Assembly (NCBI GenBank): GCA_963663405.2
Contig: CAXXSM010000132.1
Location: 96,001-160,000 of the forward strand
DNA: 64,000 nucleotides
Reading direction: 5' to 3'
DNA from: a bacterium
Lineage (GTDB): Bacteria; Hinthialibacterota; Hinthialibacteria; Hinthialibacterales; Hinthialibacteraceae
Positions within the stretch are counted from its first letter, which is position 1, and each line of letters starts with the position of its first letter. This document shows positions 9,934 to 20,647 of the stretch, in pieces. The notes beneath the pieces were generated by a model. The model was not told the origin of the DNA and made no database searches. It saw nothing but the letters and a program-made list of their open reading frames with translations. The translations under genes were made by a program, and so were the position numbers.

Positions 9934-12900
9934 CTAAAACAGGTTTTCCCAGTCGGTCTTTCTCAAGGTGTCCTTCAGCTGCGCAAACGCTTTTAGTAAA
10001 GCGGGTAATAGGGCGGCGCAGCGTTCAAGATGGTCTTCTTCCGCCATCCGTTCCATCTGATACGCGAGTTCCCGAAGCTGGCTCGCGCCGATATTGATGG
10101 CCATTCCACCGAGTTTGTGACTGTTTTTCTCTATCTGATTCAAATCCTCCGCTTCCACTGATTCTTTTAACTGTTGCATAATCTCCGGTGTATCGTCAAG
10201 AAAAATCTGGATAATTTCCTGGACGAGTTCCAATTCTCCATCCAGTTCTTTGATGAGATTTCGGGGATTGAATGTGTCGGATTCTTTTTTTTCGTAGACG
10301 TCTCTTCCTTCGACTCGTGACGGTTCTTCTTGAGGCGCCGGATCAATCGGGGGGACAGAATTTTCAGATGCGCAGTATTTTAAAAGGATTGCTTTCACCG
10401 TATCCTTTCTGATTGGTTTGGATAGATAATCATTCATACCCGCATTCAAACACTTTTGCCGATCCCCTTCCATCGCATAGGCGGTCATGGCCACAATCAG
10501 AGTATCCCGGGCGTCCGTTTCCAAATTCCGGATTTTCTTCACCGCTTCAAATCCATCCATGACAGGCATGGAACAATCCATAAATACAAGATCATACTTG
10601 AACCGCCGGACCGCCTTCACTGCTTTTTTACCGTTGTCGACGATTTCGACTTGGCAGCCAAGGTTTTCCAATATCGCTTTCGCTACTTCCTGGTTGACTT
10701 GATTATCTTCCACTAATAGAATCCGCGCCGCGATTTGTTGTGGTTTCTCCCCTGTCGTTTGTTCCGGTTCTCTTTCTTCTTTTAATATAGGAGAAGAAGT
10801 GGACTTCTCTTGAGTGTGTTGTTGATCGATAAACCAGCATTGCATCAGCGAATCAAGAAGATCGGAGGAACGGACCGGTTTTCGCAGACAAGAGGAAAAA
10901 CCAGTCTCTTTCATAAAACGTGAATCTCGCCGAATTATCGCAGAGGAGAGTAAAAGGAGGATGATATCGTTGATACAGCTGTCTTGTTTGATTGTTTTGG
11001 CGAGTTGGACGCCATCCATTTCAGCCATGTGGTGGTCCAACAAAGCAATATGATAGGGATAGCCCATTTTATGAGCGTTTCGCATCATTGCTAGCGCTTC
11101 CTTGCCGGATACGGCTGGATCGCAAGGCACATCCCATTTCGATAAGTATTCAATAATGATTCTTCTGTTAATAGCGTTGTCATCCACTACAATGGCGCGG
11201 AGTCCTGCGAGAGGAACTTTGGAAATGATTTTCTCTTCATCTTGTTGATGTAAGCGCAATTTGATTTTGAACTGAAAAATGGAACCTATCCCTAATGTGC
11301 TCTCAACTTCGAGCTTTCCCCCCATGATCTTCACAAGTTGTCTACTGATTGCCAGTCCCAGACCGGTTCCTCCATACCGGCGTGTAATCGATGTATCCGC
11401 TTGGGAAAACTGTTTAAAGATTGTTTGTTGTTTATCCCTCGCTATACCGGCGCCGGTGTCTTCCACTCGGATGCGAACGATGGCTTTGTCATTGACGAGA
11501 TGTTTGCAATCAACGTCGATCAATACATAACCCTTCTCAGTAAATTTCACAGCGTTTCCGACCAGATTCATCAGAACCTGCCGTATCCGTACAGGATCCC
11601 CAATGAAATGACTAGGAACGTCGGGCATATAACGAATCATCAGATCAATATTTTTTTCCGGCGCTTTCACTCCGATCAATTGCCCCACTTGTTCGACGAT
11701 AGTTCGCAGATTGAATGGAATGGATTCGATTTCGAGTTTTCCCGCTTCGATTTTTGAAAAATCGAGAATATCGTTCAATATTGTCAGAAGCGCAGAAGCC
11801 GAATTCGCGATTGTTTCGGCATAGTCTCGTTGTTGTGCGCTGAGCGAGGCGCCGAGAAGAAGATCCGTCATACCGACAATTCCATTCATGGGTGTGCGGA
11901 TTTCATGGCTCATATTGGCCAGGAACTCGCTCTTGGCGATGTTTGCCTTTTCGGCCTCTAACCGGGCTTTTTCGAGGCTGCGATTTGTTCTTTCCAACTC
12001 CTGAGCGTACGTATTCAGTTGTTCTTCCACCTGTTTACGTTCAGTAATATCACGGATGATTCCTATAGCGTTCCATTTCCCTTTCAGATTCATCGCAGCC
12101 AGTGAAATCTCAATAGGAAATTCCGTTCCGTCTCTTCGCATGGCCGACAATTCAAGGAATTGGCCGATCGCGCCGCCTTCCCCGGTTTGCTGAAACTGCT
12201 TAAATCCGTTTTCAAAAGCAACGTGATATTTCTTGGGGGCAAGAAGCTTGTGCATATCCTTGCCGATCGCCTCTTCTTTGGTCCATCCAAAAATTGTCTC
12301 CGCCGCGTTGTTCCAGAAGGAGATCCGGCCTTCGGAATCCATCATCAGAATCGCATCCTGGGCATATAGACTGATCGTTCGTATCCGTTCTTCGCTCTCA
12401 AGCAGGCTTTCCTCCGCCTGTTTGCGTTCTGTGATATCTTCTCCCGAACTGAATAAACCCGTAATAGCGCCGGAATAATCCTTGAGAAGGCTGTTATGCC
12501 AATATATAATTCTTTCCTCACCGCTTTTCGTAACAATTGGATTTTCAAAAATTTCATATAAATTCAATGCGCCGGAAAGTGTATTTTCAATAACTGTTCG
12601 GAGCGTTTCTCGACTTTGGTATGGCAAGAAATTGTCAATCCAATTCTTGCCAAGAATCTCATCTTCACAATAGCCTAGGATTTGGCAGCCTTTCTTATTG
12701 ATCAGAGTTACATTGCATTCCGTATCCAAAGCCAGTAGAATGACTCCGGCGATGTCCAGATACATCTGGGCCCGGTCACGTTCCGCCCGCAGCGCCTCTT
12801 CCGCCCGTTTTTGGGAACAAAGCCGCCCCAGCGTGGCGGCGTACAGGCAGAGCAACTCACAATCCCGCTCATATATAGGCTGTCCGCGTAGAAGATTGTC

Positions 12901-14049
12901 GATCGTTATATATCCCATAAATGAATCGCCATCCCAAATTCCTGTGGAGACGGCCGATCCGCGACCCACGACGATGTGTTCTTGGTTAAAAAGCGGATGA
13001 TCATTTTGCAAAAGATACCGTTCTTTTTGCGTGCGGAGTTCTTGGATCTCTTCATATTCCGAAACCAACAATCGTTGATCGCGTTCATCGCGAATTTGGC
13101 CGGTTTCGTCGATCCCGAATGTGCCCTGCATCGTATTGGGTTCTATCGTATCCACAAACCAGATTCCCAACCGTTCAAAGCCCAACCGGCTTTGCCCAAG
13201 TTCCACCGCGCGGCGACACAACTCATCGAACGAAGCGATGGTGGATAGTTCATTATTCACTTCCGTCAGCGTCTTTAGTTTATGTTGATATTGAAGTTCG
13301 ATCTCTTCCCGTTCCCGCAACGCCTTCTCAACGGTTTTTCGCTTGGTAATATCCAGTGTGTATTCGATGATCTGGTCTACATCCCCTTTCTCATCCAAAA
13401 TCGGGAAGGAATGCACTTCGAGATGAATCACCTTTCCACTGTTGTCGTGGTGGATATGCTCGACGACTGCCGGTTGTTTGGTTTGTACGACTTGTTGCAG
13501 GGGACAGGGATGTTCGTGAGAATCGCAAGGCGTTTTCCGGTCGTGTGTCAGAGCGTAGCAGGTGGATCCCTTCAAGGAATCCGTGGTTTGAGCGGCGGAA
13601 TTGCATAACGCAACGGTGAAATCCTTGGTGTTGATGACATAAAAGGGATGCGAAAGAGATTCCAATATAGTATTTAAAAACTCATTTTTTTTTCGGAGTT
13701 CTTCTTCGGACCGCTTTGTTTTTTTTCGGGCGGCCTCCGCTTGTTGGGACAGTCTTCTTAATTCTTTTTGTTGATTTAATAAATAGGTGTTATAGGCGAG
13801 AAACTCCTCATTTCTGGCTTTTAACTCTTCGGATTGCCAGTAGAGATTATCTGTGGTTTCTTTCAGATGGCTTTCCGTTTTTTTTTGTTCGTCTTCCATT
13901 TGTTGCAGATTGACCACAAGCTGGTTGATGCCCTCCACCAACTGGTCCAGTGGATCGTCTTCTCCGGAGAGAGGGAGCCGGATCGAGTAATCACCTTCCA
14001 CGGCTTTCTTGACTGCGCTAATGAATTCATTCACTCGTTCGCTCTTCAT
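9934..14049 (-). CDS. Cytoplasmic hybrid histidine kinase (HAMP-like, PAS, GAF, PAS, PAS, HisKA, HATPase, REC, REC, HPt)
   Basis: FLANMSHEIRTPMNG, NLVGNAVKFT, GGTGLGLAI, two receivers (VVDDN, LVEDN..FMDCSMP), HPt SHKLGG. Confidence 0.95.
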   Translation of the reverse strand: MKSERVNEFISAVKKAVEGDYSIRLPLSGEDDPLDQLVEGINQLVVNLQQMEDEQKKTESHLKETTDNLYWQSEELKARNEEFLAYNTYLLNQQKELRRLSQQAEAARKKTKRSEEELRKKNEFLNTILESLSHPFYVINTKDFTVALCNSAAQTTDSLKGSTCYALTHDRKTPCDSHEHPCPLQQVVQTKQPAVVEHIHHDNSGKVIHLEVHSFPILDEKGDVDQIIEYTLDITKRKTVEKALREREEIELQYQHKLKTLTEVNNELSTIASFDELCRRAVELGQSRLGFERLGIWFVDTIEPNTMQGTFGIDETGQIRDERDQRLLVSEYEEIQELRTQKERYLLQNDHPLFNQEHIVVGRGSAVSTGIWDGDSFMGYITIDNLLRGQPIYERDCELLCLYAATLGRLCSQKRAEEALRAERDRAQMYLDIAGVILLALDTECNVTLINKKGCQILGYCEDEILGKNWIDNFLPYQSRETLRTVIENTLSGALNLYEIFENPIVTKSGEERIIYWHNSLLKDYSGAITGLFSSGEDITERKQAEESLLESEERIRTISLYAQDAILMMDSEGRISFWNNAAETIFGWTKEEAIGKDMHKLLAPKKYHVAFENGFKQFQQTGEGGAIGQFLELSAMRRDGTEFPIEISLAAMNLKGKWNAIGIIRDITERKQVEEQLNTYAQELERTNRSLEKARLEAEKANIAKSEFLANMSHEIRTPMNGIVGMTDLLLGASLSAQQRDYAETIANSASALLTILNDILDFSKIEAGKLEIESIPFNLRTIVEQVGQLIGVKAPEKNIDLMIRYMPDVPSHFIGDPVRIRQVLMNLVGNAVKFTEKGYVLIDVDCKHLVNDKAIVRIRVEDTGAGIARDKQQTIFKQFSQADTSITRRYGGTGLGLAISRQLVKIMGGKLEVESTLGIGSIFQFKIKLRLHQQDEEKIISKVPLAGLRAIVVDDNAINRRIIIEYLSKWDVPCDPAVSGKEALAMMRNAHKMGYPYHIALLDHHMAEMDGVQLAKTIKQDSCINDIILLLLSSAIIRRDSRFMKETGFSSCLRKPVRSSDLLDSLMQCWFIDQQHTQEKSTSSPILKEEREPEQTTGEKPQQIAARILLVEDNQVNQEVAKAILENLGCQVEIVDNGKKAVKAVRRFKYDLVFMDCSMPVMDGFEAVKKIRNLETDARDTLIVAMTAYAMEGDRQKCLNAGMNDYLSKPIRKDTVKAILLKYCASENSVPPIDPAPQEEPSRVEGRDVYEKKESDTFNPRNLIKELDGELELVQEIIQIFLDDTPEIMQQLKESVEAEDLNQIEKNSHKLGGMAINIGASQLRELAYQMERMAEEDHLERCAALLPALLKAFAQLKDTLRKTDWENLF

Positions 14050-14106
14050 ATCACACTCCTAAAGGAATGCTGTCGGCGGGAAACATTTCGTTAATCCGGA
14101 TTCCTT

Positions 14107-14853
14107 TCATGTGAAGATCTTTCCTTCATGCGCGATTTGAAATGTCGCGGTTTTGAACTTGTTCGCCTGGAGCATGAAGCGTTCCACAATCGATCGATCC
14201 AGGTATTCACGAACAAAAATGATCGTGGAAAAAAACAAAGAAGTCCCTAAATAACAACCACCGATCCCAAAAACTGTCTTAATAGAATGTGTTGTTACAA
14301 AATCCTGGGCGGCAATGATTTTCCGGCCTTGCTGATCCACTTCAGACTGGGCGTCCCGGACATAAAATACTCCACTTATATTCTCAAAACTTTTCGCAAC
14401 GAGTTCTGTGTCATTATTGTCGATCCAATCGATTCCCGCGCCAAGTTGTTTTAACAGACGAGACATCATAGGGATTCGGTCGATATAATCCGAAGATATC
14501 ATAGGAATTCCCTTATGGTCTTTAGAATGACGACGATCGTTCCATTCCGGTTTGGCGCCCCGGCTTGCTAGAAGAGACAAGACCATTGTCTGATCCTCTA
14601 TCCGTTCGTTGATGGCGGCCGACCGGGCAAGATTCATTGCAAATTCCTGGTTCTCTTTAGGGAGATTTCCAAACGGGATCATAATGAATAGACGGGCTAG
14701 AACGATAGAATCATACAATTCCTCATAGAGAATAGTCATATAGCATTGTGCGGCCTCTTCCAAACTGGGAAATTGACTAACCTGCGCGGCGATTTTGTCC
14801 TGTAGACAAACGAGATCTTTCAATGATAGCGCGCTGATTAAACTCATCATCAC
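14107..14853 (-). CDS. Conserved hypothetical protein (possible GAF-like), likely co-transcribed with the kinases
   Basis: 248-aa ORF between two kinases; WNDRRHSKDHKGIP and VFGIGGCY look like conserved blocks. Confidence 0.7.
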   Translation of the reverse strand: MMMSLISALSLKDLVCLQDKIAAQVSQFPSLEEAAQCYMTILYEELYDSIVLARLFIMIPFGNLPKENQEFAMNLARSAAINERIEDQTMVLSLLASRGAKPEWNDRRHSKDHKGIPMISSDYIDRIPMMSRLLKQLGAGIDWIDNNDTELVAKSFENISGVFYVRDAQSEVDQQGRKIIAAQDFVTTHSIKTVFGIGGCYLGTSLFFSTIIFVREYLDRSIVERFMLQANKFKTATFQIAHEGKIFT

Positions 14854-14932
14854 CTCTTATGAATCACTACTTTCCACTCTTGCGCCGAGTCTGTGTGTTG
14901 GAACCGGATTTTTCAGGATGTCAGATAAACCG

Positions 14933-17900
14933 TTATTGATCCAATACATCTCTCACCTTTCGCGTTAACGCCTCCGGCGCCATTGGTTTTTGAAGAAAGG
15001 CCAGCCCTTCCTCCAATACGCCGTGGTGAACGATCGCGTTATCTGTATATCCCGACATGTAAAGCACTTTCATCTCCGGAAATGTAGATTCCAATTGTTT
15101 GGCCAAAACCGGCCCGCTTATCCCCGGCATCACGACATCGGTCAATAGGAGATGAATAACACCTTTGCGCCGTTCGCAGAGATGGATCGCTTCACTGCCG
15201 TTCTTCGCTTCTAGAATGGTGTACCCCTGCGCCTCCAATATCCGGTGGACCAGTTTTCTTACATTTGCGTCATCTTCCACCAGCAGGATCGTTTCCTCCC
15301 CGGCGAACGATTTCAACAGTTTGGGCTCCCTTGGCGCCGGTTCCTTTCGTTCCTCGATACGGGGAAGGTAGATCTTAAACGTTGTGCCATTCCCTGGTTC
15401 GCTGTAGACCCAGATGTTTCCGCCGCTCTGTTTCACGATGCCATACACAGTCGAGAGGCCCAGCCCGGTTCCTTTCCCCCGTTCCTTGGTCGTAAAAAAA
15501 GGATCGAAGATTCTTTCCAAGGTTTTTTTGTCCATGCCGCAGCCGGTGTCACTGACCGCCAGCATGACATGGGGCCCCGGTTGGGCGCTGACATGCTTTT
15601 CTATATAGGATTCATCTAAGACCACATTGGCCGTTTCAATCGTTAGTTTGCCCCCATTGGGCATGGCGTCGCGGGCATTCACCGCCAGATTCATAACAAT
15701 CTGTTCGATTTGACCGGGATCCACGTTGACTAAATCCAGCGTTGGATGAAGGAGCGTAACCAATTCGATGTTCTCTCCAATCAGGCGTTGCAGCATTTTA
15801 TCCACATTCACAAGTAAATCATTGAGGTTGAGGATTTTTGGCTCGAGAACTTGCTTGCGGCTGAACGCAAGAAGCTGGCGTGTTAATGACACGGCCCGTT
15901 CACTGGCTTTCTGAATCTCTTCCACATCCTCACGAAGATGCTGATCGCGTCGGATCCCTTTCAAAACAAAATCACAAAAGCCTCGGATCACCAACAATAT
16001 ATTATTAAAATCATGCGCCACCCCCCCCGCCAATTGCCCAATGGCCTCCATCTTCTGCGCTTGACGGAGCTTTTCTTCAAGATTCTTGCGGTCGGTGATG
16101 TCTTTTGCTAGACCAGCTATGGCGATTGGAGTTCCGTGCGCGTCTTTGAGGAGTGTGGTGGTCATCAGCGTGGGGAAGGGGGCGCCATCTCTGCGTATGT
16201 GACCTAATTCACCCATGTGGAATCCCTCCTCCATGACTTTCTTGTTGAAAGGGATCACATCTTCCTCTAGCTGTTTCTCATTGTGGAATATTTTGAGGTT
16301 TTTATTAACTAATGTTTCTTCTGATTCGTAGCCGTGCATATGCGCCCAAGCAGGATTCGCGAACAGGATGTCGCCGTTTATATTGGTGATAGCGATGCCC
16401 TCGGAGGACTGTTCCACCACGGACGAAAGAAATCTAATCCTCTCCTCCGTCTGCTTGCGCACGGTGATCTCCTGCTCCAACGATCTGTTGGTCGCCGCCA
16501 GTTCGCTTGTACGCCGCGCCACTAGTTTGTCGAGCCATATATAGCGGGAGATCGCGTAGCCGAACGATAACAGAAGAAGGACGGATCCCAGCGCCGTGGC
16601 CAACAGAAAACTGGGTTGTTTATACCAAGGCGTTAAAACAGTGAACTCGCAGGAGGCGGGTGAAGGATCGACGTTCCAATTCCTGTCCATCGCCCGGACG
16701 GCGAAATGGTGAATTCCCGGAGTTAATCCTGTTGCGGATATTACGGTATCAGGACTGAAAGGGGACCATGGATTTTCATCGATACGATAGGAAAACAACA
16801 GCCTTTCCGCGCTGGTGTATCTCCACTTGTCAATCCCGGAGAACACAAAATCAATCGATCCCTTGTGAGAGATCTCTTTCCGGTTGCCCTCCTGAGAAAT
16901 CAATGTATTCGGCGGATCGGGATCTGTTTCCGGGTGATAGAGAAACAGGCCTTGCGCGGTACTGGCCCAGATCCGGCCGCGGCTGTCTTCAATCACTTGA
17001 TAGATTCTTGCGTCCGGAAGACCATCCTCATATGTGTAGGATACCCATGTGCCTTCCGCATAGCGGTGCACTCCGCTCCCCGATCCTACCCAGACGCTGC
17101 CATCGCGGCTTTGGAACATGAATCGGACCGTCTCTAACATAGAGGAGCGAATCATTTTCCACTTCCCGGCGCCGTACTCGTATATTTCATCTCTCCCGCC
17201 AAACCATAGGCGATTATTATTCAATTCAACACTGGTATTGGCTCCTTTGCCATGATAGCCGTCTTTGGAATCAATAATGTTAAGGTTCCCCTCTCTAATG
17301 ACTCCCAATCCTTCTGTGCCGCTGAGCCAAAGATCTCCATTCGTTGTCTCTCGAACCACCGACGTAAATTCCCCAGTTCGGGAAACATCGATATGGTCAA
17401 TATACTTACGAAACCGCTGTCCGTCGTAGATATCCAAACGGCGGGATCCGTCTGTATTTCTCAATAGAACCCAAAGGCTGGTTTCGTCTCTTCGATAAAT
17501 GTTTTCAATTTCCAAGGACTCCGGATGAGAGAGTAACGTGAATTCTTCATTGGAAATGTCGAATAAAAGAATCTGATTATAGGAGCCGATACAAAGGACA
17601 AGAGTATGGTTGGATAAAGAATAAAAAGACTCCGCCTTGTTATTGGCTATTTCATGCCCCGCGGGGAGAGGGTAGGACTTACTCTCTCCATCATGCAGTA
17701 AACACAGTTGATTTTGCTTGGTGTACCATAAATAATTGTTGGGATATTCAAGGATTCCAAAAACCGATTCGTCTAGAGTATCCGCTTCGCGGGGAGGTCT
17801 CCACAACGGAGGCGCGTACCGGGCTAAACCCGCGAGTCCGGCAATCCAAAAAATTCCGTTTGGCTCGACGGCTGTTTGATTGATCCAGCTAGAGGTGATC

Positions 17901-18844
17901 TTATTTCTTCTCGCAACCTCCGTGCGATTGTTTTGCGTGTACGATACTTCGCTCGTGGAGGGGTGATTCGCGCCCGTGAGCCTCCACAGTTTCCCATCAT
18001 CGCCCCTCCAACCCGCAAAGATTTCTTTGCCGGACGATTCCGGTACGACGCTCCATATCCGATCGTTTAAATGGACTAACACATTCCGGTTTGTCTCCAT
18101 GGATACGGCGGTTCCGAACACCTCGCCCTTCTCGCCTTCAAAGCATTTTGTCAGCGATCGAAGTCCAGCGTTTTCCGGGAATGGAAATTCATGCCATGCC
18201 GGGATTGAAGAGTCTCTCTCCTCTGTGTCAAGGAATTTGGCTAAGCCTTTTTCGGCTGTGATCCATACGCCGCCGTCGCGGGCGGTTGACATTTCGATAA
18301 ACCGGCCCAGCGCTGTCTCTTCGACATGTTTCAGAATTTCGGTCTGCCGGATTGTGGCGGAAAACCTCATCAGGCGGTCCGGCAGAAGAAAAATAACTCG
18401 ATCGCGCAAGGGAGTCATAAATGAGATCGGGCAAAGTTCAAAACTGGATTTTCGCTGCCATCCAATCTCACTGACTTCGATTTTTTGCCATTGACCGTCA
18501 AAAAATTTCAGAAATCCACCCGGAGAGCCGGGATAAATGGACCATAATTCTTGCGCCTTGTTTTCATATACTAGAATATGAGGTCCGGGACTCGGAAGGT
18601 TGCGAAATGAATATCCATCGTAAACGGTCATCTCGTCCACTTCACCGTGACTGATATAAATCTTCCCGGAGGGGCCGATGGTTAGGGCGCTGACCCACGT
18701 TTCCGCAAGACCGTCCCGTGAAGTGAAGAGCCGCCAATGCAGTGGAGTTTGAGCCTCTGCTTTCCCGCCAACCGTGAATAACAACAGGATACACAGACAT
18801 ATTCTTAAGATGTCTTTATTTATAGAGTAAATCAGGTTGGACAT
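14933..18844 (-). CDS. Membrane hybrid sensor kinase (beta-propeller/Y_Y_Y sensor, TM, PAS, HisKA, HATPase, REC)
   Basis: Signal peptide, repeated DGL...EDSRGRIW blades, LLFSYRID, GGVAHDFNNIL, GKGTGLGLS, LLLTDVVMP. Confidence 0.93.
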   Translation of the reverse strand: MSNLIYSINKDILRICLCILLLFTVGGKAEAQTPLHWRLFTSRDGLAETWVSALTIGPSGKIYISHGEVDEMTVYDGYSFRNLPSPGPHILVYENKAQELWSIYPGSPGGFLKFFDGQWQKIEVSEIGWQRKSSFELCPISFMTPLRDRVIFLLPDRLMRFSATIRQTEILKHVEETALGRFIEMSTARDGGVWITAEKGLAKFLDTEERDSSIPAWHEFPFPENAGLRSLTKCFEGEKGEVFGTAVSMETNRNVLVHLNDRIWSVVPESSGKEIFAGWRGDDGKLWRLTGANHPSTSEVSYTQNNRTEVARRNKITSSWINQTAVEPNGIFWIAGLAGLARYAPPLWRPPREADTLDESVFGILEYPNNYLWYTKQNQLCLLHDGESKSYPLPAGHEIANNKAESFYSLSNHTLVLCIGSYNQILLFDISNEEFTLLSHPESLEIENIYRRDETSLWVLLRNTDGSRRLDIYDGQRFRKYIDHIDVSRTGEFTSVVRETTNGDLWLSGTEGLGVIREGNLNIIDSKDGYHGKGANTSVELNNNRLWFGGRDEIYEYGAGKWKMIRSSMLETVRFMFQSRDGSVWVGSGSGVHRYAEGTWVSYTYEDGLPDARIYQVIEDSRGRIWASTAQGLFLYHPETDPDPPNTLISQEGNRKEISHKGSIDFVFSGIDKWRYTSAERLLFSYRIDENPWSPFSPDTVISATGLTPGIHHFAVRAMDRNWNVDPSPASCEFTVLTPWYKQPSFLLATALGSVLLLLSFGYAISRYIWLDKLVARRTSELAATNRSLEQEITVRKQTEERIRFLSSVVEQSSEGIAITNINGDILFANPAWAHMHGYESEETLVNKNLKIFHNEKQLEEDVIPFNKKVMEEGFHMGELGHIRRDGAPFPTLMTTTLLKDAHGTPIAIAGLAKDITDRKNLEEKLRQAQKMEAIGQLAGGVAHDFNNILLVIRGFCDFVLKGIRRDQHLREDVEEIQKASERAVSLTRQLLAFSRKQVLEPKILNLNDLLVNVDKMLQRLIGENIELVTLLHPTLDLVNVDPGQIEQIVMNLAVNARDAMPNGGKLTIETANVVLDESYIEKHVSAQPGPHVMLAVSDTGCGMDKKTLERIFDPFFTTKERGKGTGLGLSTVYGIVKQSGGNIWVYSEPGNGTTFKIYLPRIEERKEPAPREPKLLKSFAGEETILLVEDDANVRKLVHRILEAQGYTILEAKNGSEAIHLCERRKGVIHLLLTDVVMPGISGPVLAKQLESTFPEMKVLYMSGYTDNAIVHHGVLEEGLAFLQKPMAPEALTRKVRDVLDQ

Positions 18845-19175
18845 GTGTTAATCTCCGCCCGGAATCCGTGAATCGGATTATCCCTAACTCCATAAGATCT
18901 TCATCCCGTGCTTCATGAATCCGGGATTCTAACGTAACCAGCGCCTATGCCGTTCCCACCGTTTATTCCATTGTAACGCAAGAAATGATATTTTGAGGCC
19001 AAAAATGGATTTAGATTATGTCTTTTGTGAATTAATTTTTCACCACTCTTTATTACGCACACATATAAATTTATCTTATTATATAGGAGTATACAATGTT
19101 ATCTTCTTCTCGTAAATCTTGTCTTTTGATGGATCGAATGGGGCGGTAGAATACGCAGATAATGGCGTTCCAATG

Positions 19176-19772
19176 TTAGAAGGCTTGATTGGCTTTGATC
19201 CAATCCGGGGCGTATACGCCACCCGTAATGAAAATCGCGCCTAAGCTTCTCAATCCATTGCTTAAGTCATAAGGCGCGAAATGAGACGGCTTGCCGGGAT
19301 AATTTGGACTGCCGGGAATTCCGTCAATTTGAGATGGACCTACGCCTTCCAATAAATACATATCAGCCTGCACGCCGATCAGGGCTGGCACCTCACTGCC
19401 AAGGCCGTGTTTGCGTGGTGTGTATTCTAACTTTTGGTCGTATGTGTTATCTGACGTGTTTTTATGATTAATGCTGGCGAATGGATTGTCAACCGCGTCC
19501 AGTGATGTTAGATACGCGACAGGAGTTGTAAGCCCCCGGTATGGAATATAATCATTAAACGTTCCCCCATAGGCGTACATGGGAATGTAACTATTGTTAT
19601 CCGTCCGGTACATCTCCAGCGCCGTCGCGACGGCTTTTTGATTGGCGACGGCTTTGGCCACCTTCGCCCGGACCTGGGCGTTCAAAAAATTCGGCACGGC
19701 GATCGCCGCCAAAATCCCAATAATCGCAACAACAATTAGCAACTCAATGAGAGTGAAACTTCTCTCTCGCAT
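19176..19772 (-). CDS. Prepilin-type N-terminal cleavage/methylation protein (GspG-like)
   Basis: SFTLIELLIVVAIIGILAAIAVPNF. Confidence 0.92.
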   Translation of the reverse strand: MRERSFTLIELLIVVAIIGILAAIAVPNFLNAQVRAKVAKAVANQKAVATALEMYRTDNNSYIPMYAYGGTFNDYIPYRGLTTPVAYLTSLDAVDNPFASINHKNTSDNTYDQKLEYTPRKHGLGSEVPALIGVQADMYLLEGVGPSQIDGIPGSPNYPGKPSHFAPYDLSNGLRSLGAIFITGGVYAPDWIKANQAF

Positions 19773-19831
19773 TACAATTTCCTTTCAAGATTTAGTGGAA
19801 CACGGGCGCCGGCGTCCGTAATAGAGTTAAA

Positions 19832-20419
19832 TTATTTTCCAACGAGCGATTCATCGCATGGGAATGACATCCGGGGGCCTAAACGCACAATATCTCCAAA
19901 ACTTCGGAGACCATTCGATCCTGCGTACGAATATACGTTCCCATACGTGTTCGTCCCATCCGGTCCCGCGCTGGAGACACGCCATTCCGCGCACCGCCGC
20001 GAAGGGGGCAATAAAGTGGCGCCATTGAATCGGATCGTCCCCCACGATTCCACGTAGTCGTATGTGGTGTACGATTCGTTTTGGCTTTCGTCGATACGCG
20101 CGCCGGGAGGGCCATAGATGAATGGATCCTGTGGCACAGCGGAAATATAGGCGATTGGCGTAGTGAGTGGATAGAACCGGCGGGGCAGTGGATTGATATT
20201 GCTCCCATCCGAATTCACCCAATACGGGTAATGATTATTGTCCAACCGGTACATCTCCAACGCGGTGCTCAGCGCCTGCATATCCGATTCCGCATTCGCG
20301 ATCTTCGCCCGGACCTGCGCATTCAGAAAATTCGGTACAGCGATGGCCGCTAAAATACCAATAATCGCCACAACGATCAATAATTCGATCAATGTAAACG
20401 CTCTCCCCAGCTCTCTCAT
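19832..20419 (-). CDS. Prepilin-type N-terminal cleavage/methylation protein (GspG-like)
   Basis: AFTLIELLIVVAIIGILAAIAVPNF. Confidence 0.92.
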   Translation of the reverse strand: MRELGRAFTLIELLIVVAIIGILAAIAVPNFLNAQVRAKIANAESDMQALSTALEMYRLDNNHYPYWVNSDGSNINPLPRRFYPLTTPIAYISAVPQDPFIYGPPGARIDESQNESYTTYDYVESWGTIRFNGATLLPPSRRCAEWRVSSAGPDGTNTYGNVYSYAGSNGLRSFGDIVRLGPRMSFPCDESLVGK

Positions 20420-20647
20420 GATCGATAACCTCCCAAAGGATTATTCCCCACAAGCGGCTGAGGAATAACCAGTATACTATCAGTTTTTTAAAAAAAGATT
20501 AAGTTATTTTTGGGATCGAGTTAGTGTATGCTTATTCTATAGATGAGAGATTGTGTCCGGGGAATGGATGCATATGAAGATTTTAGTTCTCGAACGAATT
20601 GTTAAAAAGATGAAGAATTGTGTTATCGAGAAAACAGGATACCTGAA

